The notes below the pieces were generated by a model. The model searched no databases. It saw nothing but the letters and a program-made list of their open reading frames with translations, and was not told the origin of the DNA. The position numbers were made by a program, and so were the translations under genes. Positions 12,418 to 24,700 of a stretch of 64,000 nt of DNA are shown piece by piece. How positions within the stretch are numbered: position 1 is the first letter of the stretch; every line of letters starts with the position of its first letter. Source of the stretch: Azolla caroliniana (lineage: Eukaryota; Plantae; Polypodiophyta); the NCBI GenBank assembly GCA_043228905.1, contig JBHGNT010000139.1, forward strand, positions 1-64,000, given 5' to 3'.

Positions 12418-15400
12418 ATGGCCAGAAGCACAGGTACCTTGGTATTGCATACATGTCTATCCATTTCTTTATTTCTTCATTGGATCTTTCTCTGCTTTTT
12501 CCTCTCTTTTTTTAATCCTTGCTCTGTTTCTCCCCTCAACCCGAAATTTGGACGTCAATGAATTTTTCCGCAGATATTGGAGTCCAAGAAATCGAACTTG
12601 AAACTCTGGCAGAATATGGAGATCAATCATCTACACAGGTTCGATTTTTATGTGTTAATATTTTTATTTTAGTATTTTATTTACTTCAAAGCACTGCTAT
12701 TTAAGGATGTGTGAACATGGTTTAACATAACAAAGGAGGAAAATGAATACTCACATCCAAATCTGGTTAGCTTTCCTTTCTATTTGAGCCTACGCCGAGG
12801 ATTCACTTATTTGATTTGGTTCTGATGAATTTTATGAAGATGAAACGATTGAATATATGCTAATGCAATGGCATGGATAGAAGATATCATTTTTATTAGC
12901 CTGTACCCAGTGACTTCACATAAAAATGTTTATAATTGTGATTTGATGATGGGGTTTTTGCTCTCTCAAAGCATTTTTTCTAATAGATCAAGGGCTTTTA
13001 TAATGGTTGTGTATGTCTATATGCATGTGGATTTCTATATTTCTACCCATTCATCCATATGCGTTTACATGGAGATAAGTGCCTGCAGGCATATAAACAG
13101 CAATCTGAAATTAAGAAACCCAAGTAATCCTACTATTGATAAGATTATACACTCATATTTATGTGTATATATACATATTTATACTGATATCGATGGGTAA
13201 ACATACCTGTATAGCTGTGTGTATAACATATTTACATCCAGACACATTTACACAATGAAAGACCCTGAAAAGTCATGCCTTTCTCATCATCAGAATGGAA
13301 TATTTGTCCCATGTTCACATTTCAACAATCATACAGGAAATCCTTCTTTAGCGAATAAGGTTATTTTATAAACATTTGAAACTATATTGAGTTCTTTGGT
13401 GTCAAAACTGGTTGAAAATACTGACACCTCACAGAATGTTTCTTTAAATATTGCACCCACAACCATGAACACACGCACGCACACACAACTGACCATTGGC
13501 TTTTCTAATGCTAGTGGCAAAACCTCAATGCAAGGTTCTGGGGTGTGAACCCAGATATACCCTTTTCGCTGAAATTGTCTGAAGAGGCAGCCAGGATTAG
13601 AGAAGAGTTGTCAACAAAACTTATCTAAATAAAGGATGTAAATCAATATAAAGTGTTTAAGAGCCTCTGGATGGCTTGCCACATAGGCCTATGATGCATG
13701 CCAACAGCGTTGCTTCTTTCAAATTCTGGGAATGTTAAAAGTGTCATTTCCCGTGATAACTATTTCTCCTTATCCATTTCATGTATTTGAATACTTACTT
13801 CCATCAGGACTAGCAAGATTGTACCATCTTGAAATAATACCATGATGAATCCTGAAGGGTACCGCTGAGAGCAAAATTGTCTTTTCCACAGTTCTGAATA
13901 CTTTCTCCCTTATAAGATTGATGCACAAAGCTCCAAACATTTGTCCATTTAGAATGGAATTTTAGTAAAAAAAAATACAGATGTTTAAGAAATCAATCCC
14001 CCATGCATACACAAGGTCTGTAATCGAAGCGAACAAAGAACTTTCAAATTGCATTTAGTTTGCCGAAATTTCTCTAGTATTTTTCATGTAAATATCAATA
14101 TGCTTATGTAACCATGAAATAAGTGTTTAATATCTCGCACACATGGATGATATTGTAATTTCAGTTATAATACATTGAATAAGAATGAAATATAAAAGTT
14201 GAAATGTCTCTTAGAGACCCTTTAGTGTGGAGACATTATGAATCTTTTATGATGTTTTAGGGAAATCATTCACTTATATGACCCAATCGCTCTCATTAAG
14301 ATTCTTCTTGCTATTATAGAATATATTTAAAAGATGGGAATATTCAAAAATAATTTGTAGGGAATGATCTCTCCAACCCACACCTGGATCCCATATAAGC
14401 TTTACAAGGGTCTTCTGTCATATGTCCTATTAATTAATGTCTTTTTACTGTTTTGAGTTCACTCTGCATGTTTTTCAAGATGTACATTTGAGATGTTCTG
14501 ATCAGTTTATCCTCAGAGGAAATGAAGAGGGTTGGGGAAAACTGCAATGAAGAGCGTGATGATGTCATTATCTCTTGAGATATACCCTTCCCTCCTTCTC
14601 GCTCCCAGTCATTGTAGTTCGATAACACGGCTATTATCCTCTTATTTCTTCCTTTGAATCATTTCGAGAATAGGTGTAATGTAAAATTGTGTCCAACAAA
14701 GATATAGTGTTTATGGAGATTATTCTGTCTTGCAATGCCACAATTTAACCTGAATGTAAAGATAAATACTTATTGAAAATGAGCGAATTGTTTCTGTTAA
14801 GCCAATTGATAACTCACAAATACTAACTTCAAAGTTGACCGGCTGGATATTGGCATCTGGATATTAGAAAATATGCATCGTCAAAGGTAGCATACACACA
14901 CATTTACTCACTCTATACATCCAATCTCCTGAATAGACCTAGTTTACTACTGCAGGAAGTATCAATACCAGGCACAAATTTTGAAGAAAATACTGGGGGA
15001 ATGTTGCAGATAATAAGTCGACTTCCAGTTATCAGTCAAGCCTCATCACGATTTTCTGAAACAGCATCATCTTTTGGACAGGGACTTGCAAGTCTTCTTG
15101 GTAAGGAAATTGTGCTTTTTCCTGCAGTCTATCAAAATCACTCAGCACTGAAGTTTTCTACTCTATGGAGTAATGATGAGAGTATTGTATTGTTACAGAT
15201 GAAAATTTAAGTTATAATGATCACTCTAGAAATCCAACACAAGACGGAAGGAATACATCAATCTCCTCATCTTCTCAGGTTAGAGACTCATTTGCTCCAA
15301 GTGTCAGCAATTCAGGCCTCTCCACAGTACAAGATCTCAGGATAGAAAAAGCTGCTGAAATTTTGAATTCAACGGGTATGATGCTGGCAGAATATAAAGA

Positions 15401-17948
15401 ACGTTTTTTTGGCATTAATCCACCTCTTCTATGGCAAGGGTTAGTTAAATTTCCTTGCAGCACATACACAATGTAGTCATAACCTCAAAATTTGCCATAT
15501 CTTTTCAAAGCATACAAATAGAGATATCAGAAGACTTAGCAAGTTCCAGTGTCTGCATCTCCTTGATCCTTAAGATGTCAACATCCCTCAGGATGCTTGC
15601 TTGATGGTTTTATCATTTGGAGAGGGGTATGTCTAGACAACTTGTTCTTCAATCTCATGTTGAGCAGGATGTTTCCAGCCACTCAATCTCACAGGAGCAT
15701 ATGGTCGTAGCTTGATTAATCTCCGTCATTACCAGATGTTGGGTTCATAAAGAATATGCCTGACACACAAGCGTGGTCACAAATCTCTAAATGTTCAATG
15801 TGATAAGTACAAAAGGGCCCCTAAGGCGCCTAATCAATTACAATGTTCTAACGCATGTTGCCTGTAAAAGGATCCTCATGCCCTCTTCATATGCATTTAA
15901 GCAGAATTTCCAACTAAGACCTAGGCAATAGTGGGTGCAAGCTTCACTTTCGATGCTAAAATTTATCTTTTCATCTTATATACTTTTATTTCCCTCATTT
16001 CGTAAGTAATTATTGTTAAACCAGGATGCTTAATCGCATACAAACTACTTGGAGGGGTTCTATGGATGATGTTGGTTGGCTTCAGAAAATATCTGGATCT
16101 GGACATTTAAATGATCAGACTGAGAGATTTGAGCAGCTTCTTGACCTAGTATGGTATGTATGGACTCATCTTTTTTGCATTATGAATCTGTTTAGGGATT
16201 CTATATGCACATCAACCCTTAGCATTTTTCGTGCAGCCATGGAGCTCATCTTCTACCAGATAATTTGCTGTATCTTCTAGTACCAGGTTCAGTAGAATTT
16301 GGTTTATGCGTAAACTTGAGGGATTTAGGAACAAATCTTGGTGCTTAAAGAAGATTGTTTTTTTCTGCTTTATTGCAGGCCTTTTTAGCAATTATGGCCC
16401 ACTTTATTTTACTGAAACCAGAGAATATTTCTCAAAACTTGGATTAACATGTCATATAGCAAAAATACATAGTGAGGTAATCATTTTTATTATTCATAAA
16501 TGTTTATGATTGATTTCTTTTTGTTTTCCTTGTTTCTACCTTGTTTACACAGTGTAGTTTCCATTATAAACCTCAAATAACTTTGCAGGCTGCTGTTGAA
16601 ACAAATGCTACAGTATTGAAAAACTATATTGAAGAATTGTACTGGGGTTCGGGAAAACAGGTGGCAATTCTCGGACACAGTAAAGGAGGAGTTGATGCAG
16701 CTGCAGCAATTGCTATGCACTGGCCAGATATGAAAGGAAAAGTTGTTGGACTTGTATTGGTTCAGAGCCCTTACGGTGGAAGTCCAATTGCAGCTGATAT
16801 TCTTAGAGAAGGGCAGATAGCAGACGTTCAAACACGGTACCTTATTGAACTACTTATGCAAAAATTAGTCAAGGTAATAATGTCAAATATGTTTACATTT
16901 GGTGCCGTTTCTTCACTTTCAGAACTGTGTAATGGCTGAAATGAATATTAACATCACAAAGAGAGAGAATTAATAGACCTGAGTGCAGAAGCAATAGAAA
17001 CCCTAAAAAACCAAGGTTACAAACAAGCATGCACTAGTTCAATCTTGTTATATTATTTCTGTATGTAATTGTTCATAAGCTTGGATTGTCAAAAAGAAGT
17101 GAATTTGTGATTATAAGTTTTAGGACAAAAGCGTGTGTTGATACGCCAGTGTACATATTCTTAATTAAAACCATGAATGCTTTCTAGTAAGTTTCTACAA
17201 TGGACTGATCTAATCATGAATGCTTTCTACAATGGACTGAACATTAGATCCGTCAATTTAGTCTTGATCCTACAACCGCATGGTTAACCATTTCCGTGAT
17301 GCCATCATGTTTACATATTTGATTTGTAATTGTAGCATTTGATGGACTTAAAAGAAATGCGCTTCACACTGCATAATGTGAAGCTAAATTTTGTATGAAG
17401 TTTCTTGTCTTGTTTCTAGTTGATGTTTTATTAACCTCAGACGAATGGTTTTATGACAGGGTGACATTCAGGCACTTGAAGACTTGACCTATATAAAGAG
17501 GCAGCATTTCCTTGCAAAACATTCTTTACCCCATGATTTCCCTGTTATTTCTTTTCATACAGAAGTGAGCATTGGTCCTAGTGTTATGTCAATGATGTCT
17601 CATATTGCACATGCAGAACTTCCTTGGCAAGTGTTAAATAGGGGTGCATCATCTGATGATGCAGTTATTCCCACAAAGCTACCAGTGGTAGTACCCCTTC
17701 CTGCTGTTATGGCTCTATGTGCAAAACATATAGAGTTGAGATACAACCACAAAAGTGATGGACTAGTTGTAAGAGAAGATGCAGAGGCCCCAGGTTCTGT
17801 TGTGGTTAGACCCAAGCGGAACCTCGATCATGGTTGGATGGTATACTCTCCTTCTCGAAAAGAAACCAATGAGCCTAATGCCCCACAAATGTGTGAAGCA
17901 CTTCTGGTACTCCTTTTTGAGATCTGTAAGAAAACAAAAGCTGATTAG
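12418..17948 (+). CDS. Alpha/beta-hydrolase (lipase-like, At2g44970-type family)
   Basis: Exons 12418-12433, 12574-12638, 14956-15100, 15199-15439, 16025-16153, 16237-16286, 16379-16476, 16589-16873, 17460-17948, with GT-AG sites and consistent phase. Motifs RGSMDDVGWLQ, YLLVPGLFSNYGPLYF, nucleophile elbow GHSKGG, QSPYGGSP, SDGLV, DHGWMVY. The first two exons are less certain than the rest. Confidence 0.9.
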
Positions 17949-17990
17949 CTTCTAAGTCCATCTATGGTGGTGGTATACATTTGTATCATT

Positions 17991-18021
<31 letters not shown>

Positions 18022-20335
18022 TACTTTTTGTGAGGAAATGTGCATCTATGACTCCATGAGAGAGGAGAAAATGGAAAAGGAAAATCAAATGATGCCACAA
18101 AATATGGTGATAAATCGTTGGATTTAATCCACATGCATGGAAACATTTGGATCATCACTTTTCTTGAAAGTAGTGCATTCCATCACAATCCCGATGATTT
18201 TCTATTTCTTACCATTATTGTCTAGGACAACAAATGCTTCAGATATGCCAGTGTGCATACCCACTGAATGCATTCTTTGGGAAAAAGACGTCGGGTTGCA
18301 TATTGTTTAATGAGTGGGTGGGCCAGCATTGTACATCTCATTCTCTTTGCTTCAAGTTGCATGAGGGTAAGCAAAGCATAAATCAAAACAAATTTCATTT
18401 AGAAATTGTCAACAAAGGTTTGCAGCCTCTTCATACAATGACTCCATAACATTTTGTGCGTTGATAATTGTAGTAGGCCACATTACAAAGCACAATTGAA
18501 GGGTTTATAAACCTATGCATTTGTTTAGCTATTTGCATTTAATTAACAATGTGTGGAGGCGCCCCTTTGTATGCAAGTATTTGATCAGTGTATAATTGAT
18601 TTTGGTGTGAACCCTAGGCGTGGCATTGAGCCTAGCATAAGGAGAAAGGAGGCTCATGACAATATCTATTGTGTATTGGTTGAACAAAGAGGAGCATGCC
18701 ATAAATTATATCGATCAACGGAATGCTCAATGTTGCTTGGAGTAGCACTAATCATCATTCATTGTGTAGGTGACCTACACGAAGGCATTCCCATCCATAG
18801 AACTCTACATGATTGAACTTGTGAGTTCTAATGTGATCAGCATTACACAACATAAATAAATCGTGGTGACCCCACACGATTGAACTCAATGAGTTGTACC
18901 ATAGGGGTTTCCAATGAAAGAACTCTTTAGGTAAACCTGTGTCTGGACAAGTCCACGATAGTTCACACCCGAATGTGTGTACAAGTACACATGATGGAGT
19001 AAGTTGGGCTCATGTTAGTTGGGCATTTGTCGAGATCAAGTATCGCCCAACCAAAGGACATTGGATTCTCAAAATCCAGATATGTTGGTCTAAATCCCAC
19101 TGCTTGACAAATGTAAGGGTTAACCCAAATTCTCGTTTTGCAGAAGCTTGAATACTTTTGCCAGTTGTGGCAAGTCTACAATCGATAGGACGTCTTTGTT
19201 GTCATAGACCTACATGCCCTTCAAACCCCATAGTTCAATTTCTTGTCAGAGCCAAGCATTCAAACCCCCAAAACAATGATTATCGCCAAAACTTGGGCAT
19301 TTGATTCCCAAAACATGTGAACCCAACAATGAGATCACTTGCCCATTGTATAGCTTTTTGGATCTCTCTAGCGAAATAAAAGTAGTGTTCTCTCTTTTAA
19401 AATGCAACATCACTCTCCTATTGAACACACACTTCATCTTATCCTTACATGGGTGCTTGATTTTGTCATGTACATTGACATCTTTGTATTTACTACATCC
19501 TTCATTGTCTTCATTTATGCATTGTAATCCTACTCCATTATCTTTAATAGGTATTAAAACCTTGACCCAATTGTTCAAATGCTTAAATCTTGCCATTTAA
19601 ACTATGTTTTAATGTTTTCATGACCGTCAAGTTTCATATTTTCATTCTATTATCACTTAAACCTGAATCTTGACGTAATATAAAACTCAACTTTCTAGCT
19701 CTTTTCCCCCATTCACTCATGCCACATCACGATAATGTGTGGTGAAATTGTACAGTAACACCTATTGGAAAAAGTAGTTTTTGAGCTTCTAAAAATGAAT
19801 GCCCACATCATGGATATATGCTTAAAATTGATGTAGACACACATCCATTGATAAAACTATGTGCACTATGTTCCAACGCTACAATAAATAAATAAATAAA
19901 AACATCCCACTAACACTATTTCTCTTTCTTAATATGAGGACAGTGGCTAGTCCCCCCAACAAAATGAAATCTATTTAATACACCTCCCACTCAACACATC
20001 CACCACGTCAGGGTATCCAAAGTTGCAACAAATAATCCCACGTGGAATAGATTTGATAGTTATCGCAATTGAGTTTTGATGGCCACGTTATCCTTTGGAG
20101 GGGTTCTCTTTATGTCAACTAGTCTTACATCAAAGAGGGTTTGTCTTTGAACAAAGTCGTACTCTAGTAGGGTGAAGAAAGGACGTTTGTATTCTGTTTT
20201 TTAATACATAAATGTAGTTTGTGTGTGTGTGTGAGAGATAGATAGATAGATAGATTATATTATCGTCTTCGGAGGTCAAATATGACCTATGAGACCAAAA
20301 ATATTACATTTCACGTGATACGCGTGAAAGTGAGT

Positions 20336-20386
<51 letters not shown>

Positions 20387-21040
20387 ATGGGACCATTTCT
20401 CTATTGTGTAGGGGTTATGCTATCTTCTTTGTATCGTTCCAAATTTATAAGTGTCTGTCTAGTAGCTAGTCAATTTGTGGTGCACCCCAAAGGTGTCCAA
20501 CATATTCTTCATTGAGTTCACCCGGCCTAGTTCAAAAAGTCATTGCCGAGAGTATAAACGTCGGTAGCAAACCGAACCAACATTCGTTTGGGGGTGGTGA
20601 CCAATATCGGGGGAGGATAGAAAGGTGGGTCATGGAAGTTGAAGAGAGAATCCCACGGGACAGGTATGGCGATCTGGGTAACGGGCCTGGGCATGATTTG
20701 GGGGGGGGGGGGGGGGTAATGGGCAAATGCTGGGACACAAATCTTGGGCTTGGATGGACGAAGACGAAGACGAAGACGATCATGATTCATCATGATGGGT
20801 TTTGAAGGGGGGGTCCTTTCTATAGGCATGGGGGGGTCGGGGGGCGTTAAAGAACGGTAGGCTGGACGAATTGCCGGCCGCTTTGGAAGAGTCGAGACAA
20901 CAGGCGGGCGGGCAGACCGGAGCGGACGGAAGCTTGGCCTTGTGTGGAGTGTAAAGTTCGGGGCCGGCCGGTTAACTGAAGGCTGAGATGCCCGGCCGGA
21001 CATACGGACGGGGGCCTCTCCTCTCGGGAATTTGAGTTTG

Positions 21041-21135
21041 TTCTTATTGTCACAATGGCCGCCCGGCCATTTCAGCCGCCATATAGCCTTCAGTTCTTAT
21101 TGTCATAATGGCCGCCCGGCCATTTCAGCCGCCAT
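21041..21135. repeat. Short direct duplication (2 x ~52 bp)
   Basis: GTTCTTATTGTCA(C/T)AATGGCCGCCCGGCCATTTCAGCCGCCATA at 21041 and 21093. Confidence 0.85.
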
Positions 21136-21172
21136 AGCCAGCCGCCATAGCCAGCCCATGGGAGTACCAGAC

Positions 21173-21556
21173 AGTATATCGCTGCTGCTCCATTCCTTCC
21201 ATTCCTGTGAACGATCGATCGATCCGTGGAATCAGAGAACAGAAAGAGACAGAGAGAGACCACAGATATGGCGCTTCCAGGACGCATGGCCATGGTGTAC
21301 AGTACAGTACAGTATATCGCTGCTGCTCCATTTCTTCCATTCCTGTGAACGATCGATCGATCCGTGGAATCAGAGAAAAGAAAGAGACAGAGACAGAGAT
21401 TCACAAACACACAGGTATGGCGCTTCCAGGATGCATGGCCATGGTGTAGAGTAGAGTAGAGTATATCGCTGCTGCTCCATTCCTTCCATTCCTGTGAACG
21501 ATCGATCGATCTGTGGAATCAGAGAAAAGAAAGAGACAGAGACAGACAGACAGACA

Positions 21557-21596
<40 letters not shown>

Positions 21597-21735
21597 TATG
21601 GCGCTTCCAGGACGCATGGCCATGGTGTAGAGTAGAGTAGAGTATATTGCTGCTGCTCCATTCCTTCCATTCCTGTGAACGATCGGTGGAATCAGAGAAA
21701 AGAGAGAGAGATGGCGCTTCGAGGACGCATCGCCA
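21173..21735 (+). repeat. Tandem array (4 units, 138-181 bp) of the 5' leader plus start codon of the ACAD8-like gene
   Basis: Unit AGTATAT(C/T)GCTGCTGCTCCATT...GGAATCAGAGAA-(GA/CA microsatellite)-ATGGCGCTTC starts at 21173, 21311, 21460 and 21641. ATGs at 21268, 21417, 21598, and the real start at 21711. Confidence 0.93.
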
Positions 21736-24700
21736 GGCTTCTTTCCTCTTCTTGGATTTCTAAGAATAGAAGTCTGTGCTTCTCTTCTTCTTCTTCTTCT
21801 TCTGCTCCGACTTATGAGTGGGATGCTCATCGTCTCTCCCCCGACCAACTCCACTTCCGCAACCTCGCATCTGTAAGAATTTCCATCATCGCTCCATCTC
21901 TGCTTTCCTTCCCCCATCTCCGTCTTCTCTTTGTAATACGTAAATTGCTCTTCGGATCATCCATTCTGTACTGATCTCTGTATAAAGATTATGAACTCCA
22001 TCACTTCGCTGCTTTGTTTTTGTATCAATCTCTGATAGTACATTAGTCCCTAATTTATATGTTCCTTTTGATCCACACATGAATACGTCATTTTACAATG
22101 CTTAAAAATGATTTCCATGAATTCTTACTTGTTCTTTTAGGCATCGTTTCCTTCCCGTCCGGATCTTTCCCTTTCAGCCCGCTTTTTTCTGGTTTTATCC
22201 CCTCGGACTTCATCCAATCCTCTTTTTGATTAAACCTCATGAAATATTTGATGAGTATAACGTCTTTACAGAAGCTATACGAAGTCACTAGCTTCGTTTC
22301 CTATTTATTTTTGTTTCAGTTCTTCGCTTTCTGTGTTTTTAAATAGTCTTCCATTCAATGATGTTCCTTTTCCATATGTAGTGCCTCAGTTACTCTTGAC
22401 AATCCTCATGAAAAGATATCTTCCATCAGTTCTATGTTTTTTTTTTGTATGTATCTCTTAGGTCCTCTTGATCAATTCTTATGAAAAAAATTCTATGCTG
22501 CTGTTTAGAGATGTTTTCCTTGTTTTCTGTATCAATCCTCCATAGCTCATTAGTTTAAACCTCGCGGTTCTTCTTGGTCAATCATTGTGGAAGGGTTTGT
22601 ATCATGCTTCATTACTTCTCATGTCATTCAATCCCATAATGTTTAAGCACAAATCATGCGTGAACCATTCAAGATTTCCCATCATGAATTATGTATAAAT
22701 CCTCGTTAGGGTCATTCTTTCTGTGATGCTTAAGGTTGTTTCTTTCCGTATTTATTAGTTCCGTATACTCGTGATCAATAATCAATTAAAATCATTTTTA
22801 CAACTCAGGATTTTGCTCGACAAGAGCTTCAACCATTTGCAGCTGAATGGGATAGGAAAGAGCATTTCCCTGTCCAGACTATTCGAAAGGCCGCAGATCT
22901 AGGGTTTGGTGGCATTTTCTGCTCTCCAGAATTCGGTGGCTCTAAGTAAGTACGATTCTTTCTATACAATAATTGCTATAGATAGATCTATGGTCTCAAT
23001 GAGAAAGCCATCTCAGTCTAGCAGCCAAGATTCTGAGGACTCAGAGAATACATTTGGTCAACCACACATATTACTAAAATGAGTTTATTTACAGGGTAAA
23101 TAATTCAGGAATTTCTTTTGAAGAAAATATGGAAATTTTTATATATTTATGACACCCAGAGTGGACATATTGCATTTAAAATATGTAAACTTCCCTTCCT
23201 TTATTCTTTTTACTCAACGGTTCAATGAATTGCAGGCAATGTTCTTATTGTGTCTGGTAGTGCTGGGAGAATTTTGGAATCAAAGTGACAATGTTTTTCT
23301 TGTAGAGTCTCGCCTAAAAATAGCTTCTCAAAATTTGGAAATTGAACAGAAGCAAGAAGCTTACCTGATTGAGCCTAGTAGGTTTAGGCATTCGATGAGA
23401 AGAAATGTCCGCACCTACCAGAGGCAGCAGCATCGGTCAACTTAGATGAGTATTCCTTATCTGTTGATGATTTCTCATAGAGATCCTTTGCCTCTTCTAC
23501 AACAAAAGCATATGGCAGTTTATATGAAGACTTTTATCGGCTGCTCATAAGAATGCTTGATATGTGTTGCATAATGTACAGGTGAAAACGAGGAGAGCTT
23601 ACTATCTGTAATGCCAAATATCTTAGTTGCATCATGTATAGCCTGTAATGCCAAATACCATATTTCTCAAGTAGAGGTCATTACTTCTAAATTGAAGATG
23701 CCAAATACCATATTTCTCATGGAGGTCCTTCACCTCTTCTACAACAAAAGGGCATGGCACTCTAGATGACAGTGTGTGTGTTTATCAGCTGTTCATAAGA
23801 TTTCTTGACATATATACAGATATATGCGTCGCAATATGTATGGTACAAAATGAGAACTTACCGTCTATAATACCAAGTATCTTAGCTACGTCATGTATAA
23901 CCTGTAATGCCAAATACCTTAATTGTTTCTCATGTAGAAGTCGTTTCTGGTAAATTAAAGATGTGGAAAATCATTAGCTTCCCTGTAGTAATTTATAGCA
24001 TGTGTTTGTAGCATTCGTAGTTTTAGTGTCTTGAGGGGGTAATTATTTTCTGTGTAAGTGGACTTCTGGCATGATATATATGCGTAAGAGGTGTTATGGC
24101 TATACGATGGTGAATTTCTATAAATATGCTATAACTGAGCCATGGCTCTTGTTATTTAGTCATAGAGGAGTACATTTATAAATCCTGATGGGTATACCTG
24201 CTGGTAATACAGATTGAGTAGAGCTGATGGAGCTGTAATATTCGAATCTCTGGCATATGGTGATGTTAGTACAACTGCATATCTGACGATACACAACATG
24301 TGCTGTTCCCTGATTGATAGGTAAGGAAATGGACACTTCACAGTATCAAGTAGATCTTTAATGTGGTGGATACATTTTTATGCATAAACACTATTTGTAG
24401 ATTTGGGACAGATGAACAGCGATCCCAGTGGTTGCCAAGGCTCACATCTATGGTAATATTCTTTTAGTGGTCTTGTTTTTTAATCAATTTCATATTTGAG
24501 GTTATTGGTACTCATATTCACATATCCTTATCATTGAGTATTGATTGTAGGAATTATTTTCTTCTTTCTGCCTGACTGAACCTGGAAGTGGAAGTGATGC
24601 AGCTTCTTTGCAGGTAAAAAAACAAAACCGTATTTCAATTTTTTGGTATGATCCTTCTTTGAAAGCGTAAACTGGTCTTATTTCAGACAACAGCACAAAA

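Noticed and set aside
20527-21003. 158-aa proline-rich minus-strand ORF
   Set aside because: It is a by-product of the G-rich + strand; no domain or splice support.
21173-21735. CRISPR-like repeat/spacer appearance of the array
   Set aside because: Eukaryotic context. The units are >130 bp and the variable parts are microsatellites, not unique spacers. No cas genes.
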